Shown here: piece after piece, positions 1 through 10,041 of the stretch
Layout of the letters: every line of letters begins with the position of its first letter
Position numbering within the stretch: position 1 is the stretch's first letter
NCBI GenBank assembly: GCA_043825735.1
Contig: JBDRRP010000064.1
Coordinates: 62,001 to 101,644 of the forward strand
Direction of reading: 5' to 3'
DNA length: 39,644 nt
Source of the DNA: Pseudomonadota bacterium
Lineage (GTDB): Bacteria > Desulfobacterota > Desulfobacteria > Desulfobacterales > JBDRRP01
Program-made: the position numbers and the translations under genes
Notes under the pieces: generated by a model
The model's database searches: none
What the model was told of the DNA's origin: nothing
Seen by the model: only the letters and a program-made list of their open reading frames with translations

Positions 1-600
1 GGCGTCCAATCCGCCCATGCTGATCCGGTCTACCGATACTATCAGGAGCCCGATGCCAAACGGCGCCGGTTCTCACCGGTCCATGTCAAGCCTAGCACGG
101 CCCAGGCCGCCATGATCGGCAACCCGGTCTCCATGCCCCGGGTCATCCATCTGGCTCAAGAATACGAACGGTTGGCCGGCGGGCGCCGCATGTTTGTCGT
201 TCAGGTGCGCGAGCAGGACATCATGGACTGGCAACTTCGGGCCAACCGCAACGGGCATGTGGCCTGCACCCACGGTGGGGAATGCCTTGCCGGTCTGATC
301 AAAGCCCGGGAAGCCGGGATGATCGATCCGGGCGAATCCGCGATCCTCGATGCCACGGCCCATGCCATCAAGTTTTCAGGCTTTCAAGACATGTATTTCA
401 ACGATGCGATGCCCGACGCTTACGAGGTGGTGCCAAACCCGGCGCTCGTCAACAAACCTGAGCTGGTGCGCCCCACCGACGGGTCACCGATCCCCACGCC
501 CGAAACCCCGCTCGCCGATGCGGCGCTGGAGCACTACGTGACCCAGATTTCCGGTATCATCGCTCAGCGGCTGGCTCTGAGTAAACAGCCGCCGGGGTAG
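1..600 (+). CDS. thrC: Threonine synthase, C-terminal part (5' end outside window)
   Basis: Frame is open from base 1 (GVQSAHADPVYRYY...AQAAMIGNPVSMPRV...ACTHGGECLAGL...DATAHAIKF), matching the PLP-dependent threonine synthase C-terminal half; TAG at 598-600. Confidence 0.85.
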   Translation, partial: GVQSAHADPVYRYYQEPDAKRRRFSPVHVKPSTAQAAMIGNPVSMPRVIHLAQEYERLAGGRRMFVVQVREQDIMDWQLRANRNGHVACTHGGECLAGLIKAREAGMIDPGESAILDATAHAIKFSGFQDMYFNDAMPDAYEVVPNPALVNKPELVRPTDGSPIPTPETPLADAALEHYVTQISGIIAQRLALSKQPPG

Positions 601-704
601 TATTGCGGCCATCGGCAGCGCCCAGAGGCGCTTTGCCAACTTCAGGACCATTCGCTTTTCGATCCCAAGCGAGGGTTCTCAGCAAAAATAAAAGGCCATA
701 TTGG

Positions 705-2609
705 ATGCCTCTTTTGAGTAGACGAAAATGCACAATGGCCGCAGCAGTTGTCGTACTATCGGCTTGCCTGCTGTGGCCGCCGACCGCCCGCACCGCCCTT
801 GTGTATAAAAACTACATCGTCCAGCAGGACAGCGGGATGGACATCCTTTGCGCCCCCTATACGGTGCAGCCGGGCGACTGGGTCATCAAAGTCCTCAAAC
901 TGAGAGGCGAAATCGCGTCCCAGGATTTCCCCTACTTCCTTCAGATCTTCGCCCGCATCAACCCGCACGTCAAAGACGTGAACCGGATTCGCCCGGGCCA
1001 GCAAATCTTTATCCCCTTGCGGGAGATGCCCACGGGCACATACCCGGCTCAGCAAAGCGGTCTGGTGACGATCCCCTTTGTGGATTTATCATCCAAGGCC
1101 ACTGTTTCTCTGGAAGCCGCAGCAGCCTACCGTGTCCGCCCCCGGGACAGCATATCCAAACTGGTGGCGAGCCGGTATGGACGCTATGGCAGCGCCGACT
1201 ATCAAGAAGGCATCAGACAGCTCCAAGCCCTCAATCCCCAAATCAAGGACCTGGATCTCATTTTCGTAGATCAAGTGATTTTTTTACCGACACAGCGGTC
1301 TCGGTCCGCACCCGTCGAAGTGCTGGCCAGCGCACCCGTCACCACCCGCGCCATTCCCAGAACGCCGGCCCCGTTGAAAAAGGATTTTGGTGACGGCCCG
1401 GGAGGCGGATCATCTGACGAAAGATCAGCGCCGTCGGATGTATCGCCCTTGTCTGAGGCCGCCGCCATGATGGAGGCCAGCCTTTTGGACAAGGGCACCT
1501 ATATCTTCCCCGGTGACAACAACCGCGCTGTGCGCATCGATTTATCGAAGACCCCGGTGATTGACCTGCCAGAAGGTCAAAAGATTTTGCTTTCAGGTGA
1601 AAAACCAATTGAAGACGCGGATCTCGCCGCGATCAAAACACAGTGGAAGCACTTTCGCCAGCTTAAGCTGCCGGCCAACGCATCCTTGGAACAGGTCCTC
1701 GACGCCGTGCTGGATACCCCCGAGAAGGGCGCTCCGCGTCAGAAAACCGTCCAGCTGAGCACCGGCGGAGCGACATTCAGTATTCGCCCCAAATGGCTGC
1801 TGAACGGCCCGGATACGGAAATGAACCCCATCCGGCACATCTGCATCACCCCCATTGATACCGGCGACCAACGGACCCCGTCGGGGGTGGTGCGATTTTT
1901 AGCCGGTCATGGCATCCGCATTCGAGAGGTCATCCGTGGCGGGACCAGCACCGCCGGCCGGACACCGGCTCAGCCACAACACTCCCGGCAGTCGACAACC
2001 CTTCAGATTACGGCCAGCGGGCACCGCCAATTGGTGGCCGACCTGCTCGAGGCCCTGGGCTATACCTTCACCCGCAATGTGGCCATTTCCTTTCCCTATG
2101 CCGGGATCGAAGTCAAGGCCATGTCCAATCTGGTGACGACCCGCAGCGGCAATCCCCTGTTTATCGATTTCGGCGACCTCTTTGGCGATGCCTTCAGCGC
2201 CATCACCAACACCGGGTTCAATATCATTCAGGTAACAGCTCAGGACGATCTTCTAACGGTCATCGACACGTTGATGACCGCTCTTGACGAACCGGTATCC
2301 GCGCAGCCGACGTTTCTCGCCGCCAACCGGCCCGAGCAATACAATACCCGCATCGGCATCCCGGGAAAACTGATGGGCGGCGATACCGGTGAGCGCACAC
2401 TGATCACGACAACGCCTATTGCCCTCCCCGTCAGCCAACTACTCAATGATCAGCAAGTGCGCATCATCATCGTCCAGACCCCCGACCGGCAAACACCGGC
2501 GGCAACGCAGCAGGATCTGTCGACACGTCCTGACGCCACGGCCATTGTCGGTGCGGCGGGACCGCCCCCCGACGACATCGTGCTTCACAAGGAGGTTAGC
2601 CAACCATGA
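705..2609 (+). CDS. Exported LysM peptidoglycan-binding domain protein (two LysM-like repeats)
   Basis: Hydrophobic N-terminal segment (AAAVVVLSACLLW); LysM-like motifs YTVQPGDW...INPHVKDVNRIRPGQQIFIP and YRVRPRDS...LNPQIKDLDLIFVDQVIFLP. Start uncertain (TTG603, ATG705 or ATG735). Stop overlaps the next ATG (ATGA). Confidence 0.8.
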   Translation: MPLLSRRKCTMAAAVVVLSACLLWPPTARTALVYKNYIVQQDSGMDILCAPYTVQPGDWVIKVLKLRGEIASQDFPYFLQIFARINPHVKDVNRIRPGQQIFIPLREMPTGTYPAQQSGLVTIPFVDLSSKATVSLEAAAAYRVRPRDSISKLVASRYGRYGSADYQEGIRQLQALNPQIKDLDLIFVDQVIFLPTQRSRSAPVEVLASAPVTTRAIPRTPAPLKKDFGDGPGGGSSDERSAPSDVSPLSEAAAMMEASLLDKGTYIFPGDNNRAVRIDLSKTPVIDLPEGQKILLSGEKPIEDADLAAIKTQWKHFRQLKLPANASLEQVLDAVLDTPEKGAPRQKTVQLSTGGATFSIRPKWLLNGPDTEMNPIRHICITPIDTGDQRTPSGVVRFLAGHGIRIREVIRGGTSTAGRTPAQPQHSRQSTTLQITASGHRQLVADLLEALGYTFTRNVAISFPYAGIEVKAMSNLVTTRSGNPLFIDFGDLFGDAFSAITNTGFNIIQVTAQDDLLTVIDTLMTALDEPVSAQPTFLAANRPEQYNTRIGIPGKLMGGDTGERTLITTTPIALPVSQLLNDQQVRIIIVQTPDRQTPAATQQDLSTRPDATAIVGAAGPPPDDIVLHKEVSQP

Positions 2610-3382
2610 AGCGTATCGTGTTCGCCCTGCTCTGCTGCGGCATCCTGACAGTGGCAACCGCCTGTAAAAGCACCACAGAAAACCAGATCAAACAGGCGGA
2701 AGCGCATCGAAAACTGGGAGAAGCGCATTTAATCGATGACAACTACATCGCCGCTTTGCGTGAATTCACGGCTTCCCAAAAGTTGCTTCCAACCGACCCG
2801 ATCGTCCACAACGACATCGGTCTGGTCTATCTGAGACGCGCCATGCTGCCCGATGCCCTGGCCGCCTTCCAAAAGGCGCTCTCCCTGAAGCCGGACTACG
2901 GCGACGCCCTTCTCAACTTGTCGGTAACCTATATGAGAATGGAACAGTGGGATAAAGCCATCAAACACCTGAAGACGCTCGAAGCCGACCTGCTTTACTC
3001 GGATTATCAAAATACGCAACTCAATCTGGGATATGCGTACTATATGAAAGGGGACTATGCCAACGCATCGATACACTACGCCAAGACCATCCAATATTAC
3101 GAGGACGGTTTTCGCAAAGATGTTACCTATGTCATGGCGTTGCTTGGGCAGGCGCGGGTTGCACTGAAAACCGGCAAAGCCGGAGCGGCCCTGTCCCTTA
3201 TTGACACCGCACTGGCTGAAGCGCCGCAGGCGGCGGAATTATATTTCTACAAGGGGGCCGCGCTCGAGATTCTTGGAAACAGCACGGCCGCACGAAACGC
3301 CTATATCAAAGTTATCGAACTCGCGCCCCAGGGAGACCTTTCACAAAAAGCCATCGATGCCTTAAGGGGACTGGCCAATTAG
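2606..3382 (+). CDS. TPR lipoprotein, PilF/PilW/Tgl pilotin-like
   Basis: SD AAGGAGG at 2589-2595; signal peptide with lipobox-like ATAC (Cys20); tandem TPR repeats; adjacent to pilQ. Confidence 0.75.
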   Translation: MKRIVFALLCCGILTVATACKSTTENQIKQAEAHRKLGEAHLIDDNYIAALREFTASQKLLPTDPIVHNDIGLVYLRRAMLPDALAAFQKALSLKPDYGDALLNLSVTYMRMEQWDKAIKHLKTLEADLLYSDYQNTQLNLGYAYYMKGDYANASIHYAKTIQYYEDGFRKDVTYVMALLGQARVALKTGKAGAALSLIDTALAEAPQAAELYFYKGAALEILGNSTAARNAYIKVIELAPQGDLSQKAIDALRGLAN

Positions 3383-3534
3383 GGTGGTCATAACCATGCA
3401 AAACCATCCTATTGGCAGAACGGTATTGCTCCTAATGGATTGACCCGTCTTTTCCAGGCGCACCGGCCGTCCCTTAGAGCACTTGTCAGAATAATGTTCC
3501 GTTTCATCGCCAAGATCCTACACAGATAAAGCAT

Positions 3535-3565
3535 AAAAAACGGCGTCTCCCCGAGGGAGACGCCG
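3535..3565 (-). terminator. Rho-independent terminator of the pilMNOPQ operon
   Basis: 11-bp stem CGGCGTCTCCC/GGGAGACGCCG (3541-3565) followed on the minus strand by T6 (A-run 3535-3540), ~45 nt after the pilQ stop. Confidence 0.85.
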
Positions 3566-3608
3566 CTGGTTTTCCAGTGAAAACATCCTTTATCACAGAA
3601 GTGATTCT

Positions 3609-6380
3609 TTATTTGGGAAGCTTGACAATCTGTGGATTAAGGAAGATGAGAAGCTCGTTTTTATCATTCGTCGTTGATTCCGTCTTGAATAGCCACCCCA
3701 GCAGCGGAATGTCCTTCAACCCCGGGACCCCGGTTTCCCCTTTTTTATCTTGTGTCACGGTGATACCGGCAATGACGATGGTGTCTCCGTCGTTCACGAT
3801 CAGCTCCGTGTTGGCCTCGTTGATGGTAAACTTGAAATTCGATCCGACCTGGTCCCCAAGGTCATTTTTGGTCACGCTGATCTTCATTGAAATCCGACCG
3901 TCCTTGGTCACATGAGGCGTCACCGTCAGTTCCAAAACGATGTCTTTGAACTCAGTGGTGGAGTTGCCGTCGGCGTCCAGTTTATTGATGGGATAACTGG
4001 TACCCTGCTTGATGGTGGCGGGCTTATTGTCCAGTGTCAGAATCTTCGGCGCCGAAATGGTCTTTGTCTCACCCTGCGACTCATAGAGATTCAGCTTGGC
4101 GGCAATGGTCAGCGGCGTGCCGGCCACCTTAATGTAGTCCAGTGCAAATGTCGCAGCCTTACTGCCGCCCTGCAAACCAGAGGTGGCAAAGTTCATGCCG
4201 ACGTCCCCGGACATCTTGCCCGGCAGCGACAGGCCACCGGTCGATGGTGTGGTTCCAGCGAACTCGGTGCCGAACTCTCGCGCAAAGTTGGTGGTGGCCT
4301 GTACCACCCGCGCTTCGATAAGCACCTGGTCGGTAACCCGGTCGAGTTCCTTAATCATTTCACCGACGGCGTTTTGGACCTCTCGGGTGTCCACAACGAT
4401 GAGCTGGTTGGTGGGCGTATAGACACTGACCTTACCACGGTCAGGTGTGATAATTGTTTGCACATGGGGCAGAATATCTCGCGAAGCATCCGCGTAGTTG
4501 ATCGGATAATACCCCGTTTCTAACGGCGCCAGTGCCCGTTCATTCGCCTTGGCGTCGATGGCCTGTTTCAATGCCTCGCTTCGGAGCTGCTCCTCCTGCT
4601 TGATGGTGGCCAGAGTAGCGACACGGACGATGTCCCCCTCGTAGACCATTCCCAATTGGTTCATCCGCAGTACGAGATCAAGGACCTGATCCCAGGGTAC
4701 CGGCTTGTCTAGAGATAGAGTAACCTTGCCGGCGACGTCTTTGTCAATGGCGTAGTTCTTCCCGCTGATTTCCCGAAGGATTCGAAATACGTTCTTGACA
4801 TCGGTTTCGTAGAAATCGAGGGCTATTTTCTCCCCGGTATACTTTCTGTCGGTAGTACGGTAATAGGTGCGCTTTTCATCATACGCGCCGGTATCTTCCG
4901 GAACCGTCACGTTTGCTAATGCGGGATCGGGTGAAGAACCCTTGGTTGCCATTTCGGGCGCAGCAGCTGCTGCCGGCACGGATGCTGCCATGGCCGCCTG
5001 ATCGATGGCCTTCTGCCAGTCGGGCAATCCGGCCTGTTCCAGCGGCCTTGGGGGCACGCTGGATGGATCGAAGTGAATCATGATCAAATCGTCGAGCTGT
5101 TCAATAGTATACGGTACCGCCTCGCGCAGTTCGATGGTGATCAACGACTTATCTTTCATTGTCGCGGTCTGGATCGGAGAAATCCTGTCGATGGCACTCT
5201 CGAAACGGGTTGTAATGAGCGGCCGCTGACGATACCCGGGAAGATTTGTGTCAAAAAGGGTCAGCAGCAGTTTCTGGTCGCCATCGGTATTCATGACATA
5301 CTTCACCGATTGCGTGGTTCCAACGATGATGGTCGATTTCCCATCTTTTTCGCTGCTAAAATCGATACGGTTCACCCAGGCCGGCTCACCACTACGCTTT
5401 GGTGCCGGTGCAGCGGCAGCGGCCGAAACCTGTTCCACTGGCGGGACAGTAACCGTTACCTGCGCTACCGGGGCCATGCGTTCACTTTTCGCACCGACAG
5501 TAACCACCAATCCGTCTTCAACAGTGTTGGCCTGAAACTGATCCAAAAAGGCATCTTCGGTGTCAATCACAACGCGGACCTTGTCAGGATATTTGAAGTG
5601 CCGGATCTTCTTCACCGCCTCGGTATTGACTGGAACGATCTGCTCACCTTTATAGGGGCTGTCAATGCCATATATGTCAAAAACGATTCTTGCAGGATTC
5701 TTGATGGTAAACGCATCGTATTCACGGATGGCGCCGTTGGCGGAAAATTTAATTGAAACCTCATCATCATGGGCAATGGCGCTGGCCCCGGCAAAAGCGG
5801 TGGCTGGCATCAACACCGCACCGGCCGGTGCGAGCACCTCGGATTGCACAGGCGCCAAGGCCTCTTGTGCGCTCTGCGCTTCGATGGCCGTGTCTTGCGA
5901 CGCCTCGGGGGCGATCAACGCCGGTTTATCGAATACGATTTTCAGTTCATTTCCCTGCCGGCTCACCGCGTATTCAGTATCGACCTTGAGTTTGATTTCG
6001 ATCCGAGATGTCGTTGAGGAACCAACGATTTCAGAAGCCTTGATCGATTCAATTAGGGTACTGTCCACTGGCATGCTGGCGCTGATGTTCTGCAATCGGG
6101 TGGACGGGAGATAAAGTACCACTGCCGGTGGATAAGGCTGTTTTACCGACGTATAGGTAAGGGCCTGGTCCCCGGAAATCAGAACGCTGACAAACGTATC
6201 ATCTTCCGTCGTCACGATATCGGACACCACACGCAATTGTGACTGCGATGCGAGGGCCACCGCCGCTGTCGGCTTGGCAGCCTGTTGCGGCGTCGCACAG
6301 CCGGTCAACAAAAAAACGAGCACAAGCGCCAGAGAGATGACGACGTGCCGCCCACCATACTTAACCATTATTGGCCGCAT
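3609..6380 (-). CDS. pilQ: Type IV pilus secretin PilQ with N-terminal AMIN domains
   Basis: YTGEKIALDFYETDVKNVFRIL, VPWDQVLDLVL and C-terminal secretin motif GVPGLKDIPLLGWLFK; AMIN-like repeats (e.g. NPARIVFDI); last gene of pilMNOPQ. ATG6380 preferred over TTG6395. Confidence 0.95.
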   Translation of the reverse strand: MRPIMVKYGGRHVVISLALVLVFLLTGCATPQQAAKPTAAVALASQSQLRVVSDIVTTEDDTFVSVLISGDQALTYTSVKQPYPPAVVLYLPSTRLQNISASMPVDSTLIESIKASEIVGSSTTSRIEIKLKVDTEYAVSRQGNELKIVFDKPALIAPEASQDTAIEAQSAQEALAPVQSEVLAPAGAVLMPATAFAGASAIAHDDEVSIKFSANGAIREYDAFTIKNPARIVFDIYGIDSPYKGEQIVPVNTEAVKKIRHFKYPDKVRVVIDTEDAFLDQFQANTVEDGLVVTVGAKSERMAPVAQVTVTVPPVEQVSAAAAAPAPKRSGEPAWVNRIDFSSEKDGKSTIIVGTTQSVKYVMNTDGDQKLLLTLFDTNLPGYRQRPLITTRFESAIDRISPIQTATMKDKSLITIELREAVPYTIEQLDDLIMIHFDPSSVPPRPLEQAGLPDWQKAIDQAAMAASVPAAAAAPEMATKGSSPDPALANVTVPEDTGAYDEKRTYYRTTDRKYTGEKIALDFYETDVKNVFRILREISGKNYAIDKDVAGKVTLSLDKPVPWDQVLDLVLRMNQLGMVYEGDIVRVATLATIKQEEQLRSEALKQAIDAKANERALAPLETGYYPINYADASRDILPHVQTIITPDRGKVSVYTPTNQLIVVDTREVQNAVGEMIKELDRVTDQVLIEARVVQATTNFAREFGTEFAGTTPSTGGLSLPGKMSGDVGMNFATSGLQGGSKAATFALDYIKVAGTPLTIAAKLNLYESQGETKTISAPKILTLDNKPATIKQGTSYPINKLDADGNSTTEFKDIVLELTVTPHVTKDGRISMKISVTKNDLGDQVGSNFKFTINEANTELIVNDGDTIVIAGITVTQDKKGETGVPGLKDIPLLGWLFKTESTTNDKNELLIFLNPQIVKLPK

Positions 6381-6381
6381 C

Positions 6382-7227
6382 TTACTCTTCTCCAAGTGGT
6401 TTTTGAAGTTTCAGTTCTTGCTTTCGGGTGATGACGTCCCCCAGGACGTTTTCTACTTCTTCTTCGATAACGACCCTGTTTTCTTCGATGTCGATCACGC
6501 GTCCGGCATTGGGCCCGATGTATGTCCCGTTTTTAACGACATACCCCTTGCCGGAGGCTTCCTGAACAATCGCACGGTTTCCGCTCTGCATGCGGATGAT
6601 GCCCACCAAGGTCAATTGGCCGAGACTGAGGCGCTCAAGGGGTGTCTGAGGAACACGCTTCTCCCTTTTCACCTTTGTCGTGGCGGTTGCGATCGTTTCT
6701 TGTGACGATTGCTTGAAAATCGGAGCAAAGGGATCGATTTTCCCCTCCGGGTTGTAAAATCGGGAACGGTAAAGTGAGTTCCCCTCGGTAGCCACTTTTT
6801 CCGTAAGATCCGCCATTGTGCCTTTAACGTCAATTTTTACTTGCTGAGTGACATCGTCCGCAGAATACCCAATCCCTGCGGGCAACGAAGGCACGGTTTT
6901 ACCCGTTGTTGGTGGTGCGGGCGTATCCGTCGCAACAGGAGCCGCCGGTGCTTCAACAGCTGGGGGCGCAACAGGTGAAGCCTTCGAGGGTTCCACCGGT
7001 GTTTGTGTCGATACCGCCTGTTCCGCTGTGGTCGACTGTTGTGGCGTCTTTTCTTGCGCAGCGGGAGCAGCAGCTGTTGGTGCTTCTGAAATGGTAATTT
7101 TTTGAGGCACCACTTTCGGCGCAGGCGGTGGCGCGTCAGCCCGCTCCCCACAGCCCCATGCACCGAAAAACAGCAAGCAGCTACAAAGGAAAACTATTCG
7201 GTGATAATTATGAGGTCGCATATTCAT
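6382..7227 (-). CDS. pilP: Type IV pilus assembly lipoprotein PilP with long Pro/Ala/Thr-rich linker
   Basis: Lipobox-like AWGC; YNPEGKIDPFAP and PLERLSLGQLTLVGII...GKGYVVKNGTYIGPNAGRV PilP motifs; between pilO and pilQ. Confidence 0.9.
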   Translation of the reverse strand: MNMRPHNYHRIVFLCSCLLFFGAWGCGERADAPPPAPKVVPQKITISEAPTAAAPAAQEKTPQQSTTAEQAVSTQTPVEPSKASPVAPPAVEAPAAPVATDTPAPPTTGKTVPSLPAGIGYSADDVTQQVKIDVKGTMADLTEKVATEGNSLYRSRFYNPEGKIDPFAPIFKQSSQETIATATTKVKREKRVPQTPLERLSLGQLTLVGIIRMQSGNRAIVQEASGKGYVVKNGTYIGPNAGRVIDIEENRVVIEEEVENVLGDVITRKQELKLQKPLGEE

Positions 7228-7246
7228 CCGGTTTCGTATAAGTTTA

Positions 7247-7879
7247 TTATTTCTGCCGCTTCTTTTTGTTTTTATCCTCTGACTGCGTTTTCTCGACGAA
7301 TTTATAAGTGACCGCAGTACAGGATGTATTCAGCTCCATTTTTCCTTCCGCAACCGGCTTCATATTAATATTTTTGATATTGACAATCCGATTCAGACTG
7401 GCAACACGATCGAAGAACTCGGCGACTTGATGAAAACCGCCCACAATGTTAATGGCAACCGAAATCTCCGCATAGAAGTCCTTTGAGACTTCCCCCGCCG
7501 GTTGAAAAAGCAAAAACTGAAGCCCCGCCTCTTTGCCGGACTGGGATACGCTTGTGAGCAGCGAAGGGATCTCCTGTTTTTCGGGAAGTGCCTTCATTAC
7601 AAGTTTATACCGATCTTCAGCCTCTTGCATCTTTTCACGCAATTTTGGCAATTGCGCGGCGTTTCGCTTGGCAACCACCAGCTTGCCTTCCAGATCACCA
7701 AGTTCAGTATTCAACTCTTCGATTCGCTGATATTTCGGCATCAGACCGAACCAGACAACCAGGCCGACAACTGTAAGGAAAGTGAGCGCATAAATCAGGA
7801 CCCGCTGCACCGTAGAAAGTTTTTCGATCCGCGCGATCACCGGTTCAAGTTTCTCAAGAGACAGCTTTATCTTTTTCAT
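7247..7879 (-). CDS. pilO: Type IV pilus assembly protein PilO
   Basis: One TM helix, coiled coil, LPEKQEIPSLL, FYAEI and GGFHQVAEFFDRVASLNRIVNI motifs; synteny. Confidence 0.93.
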   Translation of the reverse strand: MKKIKLSLEKLEPVIARIEKLSTVQRVLIYALTFLTVVGLVVWFGLMPKYQRIEELNTELGDLEGKLVVAKRNAAQLPKLREKMQEAEDRYKLVMKALPEKQEIPSLLTSVSQSGKEAGLQFLLFQPAGEVSKDFYAEISVAINIVGGFHQVAEFFDRVASLNRIVNIKNINMKPVAEGKMELNTSCTAVTYKFVEKTQSEDKNKKKRQK

Positions 7880-7890
7880 ACCGGCGCCTT

Positions 7891-8466
7891 CTAACTTTTA
7901 GTGACAACCATCGTTGGTGTAATGGGCGACTTTTGAAACATGATACTGAATGTTTTTAAAAAAATACTCGATTGAAATTGTATCTGCCTGGAAGATTGCA
8001 ATGTCACGTCTTTGAACCGGTCGACCGCCTCCAGGCGCAGCATGAACTCGGCGATAGTGCGGTTATCGATGGCCGTCCCGGAAAGCGAGACCTGCGTATC
8101 GGTGGCGCTGAAACTCGTGAGCCACATGCGCTCCGGCACGACGACCTGAGTCATCGTATCCATCAATCGGACGGCTTCCTCTCTGTTTGCGGCAAGCGAC
8201 TCGATCACCTCGGTCTTCTTCACAAGAATATCGAGCTGCTTTTTCAATACGGCGACTTCTCTGTTTTTCTTCTCATAAGTTTGAAGCTCTTCTTGCGTCG
8301 ACGACACCGCCGCCATTAACGTTGTCACCTGACCACCCAGGTAGGAATTATAATAAAACAATGCCAATCCTACCATAAGGACGGTCAGCAGAAACATCGA
8401 TATCTGGCGCCTAACATTCTCTTTTTTCCGTGCCGCACGAAACGGCAGCAGGTTGATTCTGATCAT
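7891..8466 (-). CDS. pilN: Type IV pilus assembly protein PilN
   Basis: N-terminal MIRINLLP signature, TM helix, coiled coil; ATGA overlap with pilM. Confidence 0.95.
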   Translation of the reverse strand: MIRINLLPFRAARKKENVRRQISMFLLTVLMVGLALFYYNSYLGGQVTTLMAAVSSTQEELQTYEKKNREVAVLKKQLDILVKKTEVIESLAANREEAVRLMDTMTQVVVPERMWLTSFSATDTQVSLSGTAIDNRTIAEFMLRLEAVDRFKDVTLQSSRQIQFQSSIFLKTFSIMFQKSPITPTMVVTKS

Positions 8467-9521
8467 TTGTCGTCCACTTTTCTCAGTGCAAGGCCCATGC
8501 AGATCGCAGCCTGCGGGGCGATATGTTGAATATAGGAAGCTTCAAAATCCCCTTCGTTGATATCAAAAGCGGAAAACGGGTCAATCATTTGGACTTCCGA
8601 TGACGTTTCGGCGGCGAGTAGCTCTCTGAATTCAGTAATATTGGCGCCGCCGCCACTTAGAACGATCTGCTTGATCTGGTCATCTGGATCGGTCGAGTAG
8701 AAAAAATCCAACGCGCGCCTTATCTCTGAGCACCAGTCTGAAACGACGGATGATATGATTTCTCTTAGGTCTTCCGCTGAGACACTGTCTGAATGATCGC
8801 TCAGTTTGATTTCTTCAGCTTCTTCAATTGAACAATCGATAAGTGAAGCAATCTTTGCGTTGATCTGGTTGCATCCGAGAGAGACATCACGCATAAATAC
8901 CGAATTGCGCCCCTTCAAAATGTTTAATGATGTCTTTGCAGCGCCGATGTCAATCAGCGCAACCGTGTCCTCTCCCTCCTCATGGTTGAATTCATGAATA
9001 TTTTGAAGTGCAAAGGCATCGACGTCGATGACACACGGGTTAAGCCCCGCCAACTGGCTCAGGCTCACATAATCATCAATCATTTCTTTTTTGGCCGCTA
9101 CCAGCAGCACGTTCATCTGATTCGGGTTCGCCTCGTTTTCACCCAAAATCTGAAAGTCGAGATTCACATCATTGATGTCGAACGGGATATATTGTTCTGC
9201 CTCGAAATGGATAGTCTCTTGAAGCTCCTCTTCAGTCATCGTCTGAACATTGATTTTCTTTACGATGACAGAATACCCCCCGATCGACATCGCCACATTC
9301 TGGTCTTTAATATTGCTGGATTTGAACAGCTCTTTTATCGCTGCAGCCACTTTCTCAGGATCTTTGATGACGCCTTCCTCAATAGCGCCATGCGGGATTT
9401 CAATGAGTCCAAAACGCTTGAGACTCATCCCGTTTTTTGATTCCTGGAGCTCCGCGGCCTTTATCGACTTGCTGCCGATATCCAGCCCCACTAAATGTGT
9501 ACTTTTTTTGGTGAGAAACAT
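8463..9521 (-). CDS. pilM: Type IV pilus assembly actin-like protein PilM
   Basis: VGLDIGSKSIK, EAEQYIPF, IDIGA and LSGGGA motifs of FtsA/PilM. Confidence 0.95.
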   Translation of the reverse strand: MFLTKKSTHLVGLDIGSKSIKAAELQESKNGMSLKRFGLIEIPHGAIEEGVIKDPEKVAAAIKELFKSSNIKDQNVAMSIGGYSVIVKKINVQTMTEEELQETIHFEAEQYIPFDINDVNLDFQILGENEANPNQMNVLLVAAKKEMIDDYVSLSQLAGLNPCVIDVDAFALQNIHEFNHEEGEDTVALIDIGAAKTSLNILKGRNSVFMRDVSLGCNQINAKIASLIDCSIEEAEEIKLSDHSDSVSAEDLREIISSVVSDWCSEIRRALDFFYSTDPDDQIKQIVLSGGGANITEFRELLAAETSSEVQMIDPFSAFDINEGDFEASYIQHIAPQAAICMGLALRKVDDK

Positions 9522-9533
9522 GGTTTACTCTTA

Positions 9534-9734
9534 TTAATGGTTTCCAAAAATCTTGTCTTTCTCCGTCAACTTCAGGCCAAGGGCGAGCAGGATCTTCCGC
9601 TTTGTCTCCATCCGGCACGGTAGTCCGCTTTCAACTCGGGTAATCGTTATCGGAGACACCTTCGCCCGCCTGGCCAGTTCCGCCTTGCTGACCAGCATTG
9701 ATTCTCTCACTTTTTTCAAGGAATTTTTGTTCAT
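9534..9734 (-). CDS. Small XRE/Cro-type helix-turn-helix protein
   Basis: 66 aa, LKKVRESMLVSKAELARRAKVSPITITRVESG is an HTH_3-like pattern; 12 bp upstream of pilM. Confidence 0.85.
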   Translation of the reverse strand: MNKNSLKKVRESMLVSKAELARRAKVSPITITRVESGLPCRMETKRKILLALGLKLTEKDKIFGNH

Positions 9735-9819
9735 GTAACTAATTCTCTTGCCCGAAAAATTTATTAGAAAATGCGGCTGGTACGTTTTCTATCTGCCCGA
9801 TGCAATAGAATCTGGTGCC

Positions 9820-9849
9820 AGTAAAGTTCAAGGCGATTCAATATGTCAA
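9820..9849 (-). promoter_or_regulatory. Putative sigma70 promoter for HTH-pilMNOPQ
   Basis: Minus strand TTGACA (9849-9844), 18-nt spacer, TTTACT; very AT-rich upstream tract. Confidence 0.45.
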
Positions 9850-10041
9850 GTGAATTATATATAATTATATCTATTTTATGCCCACTTACAGCATTTAGTA
9901 TGTTTGTTCTCATCATATTAATAGATATTGTATGCTCGGCGCTTACCTCAAATTTAACGTTTACGGCGAATACGCGACTTTCGCCTATGGAACCACTGCC
10001 TTCAAATTCCAGTGGTTCACCGGTTCTGCCGTCCTCGATAC

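Noticed and set aside
9801..9820. Minus-strand TGGCACCAGATTCTATTGCA as a sigma54 promoter for pilM
   Set aside because: GG-to-GC spacing is 14 nt rather than the required 10.
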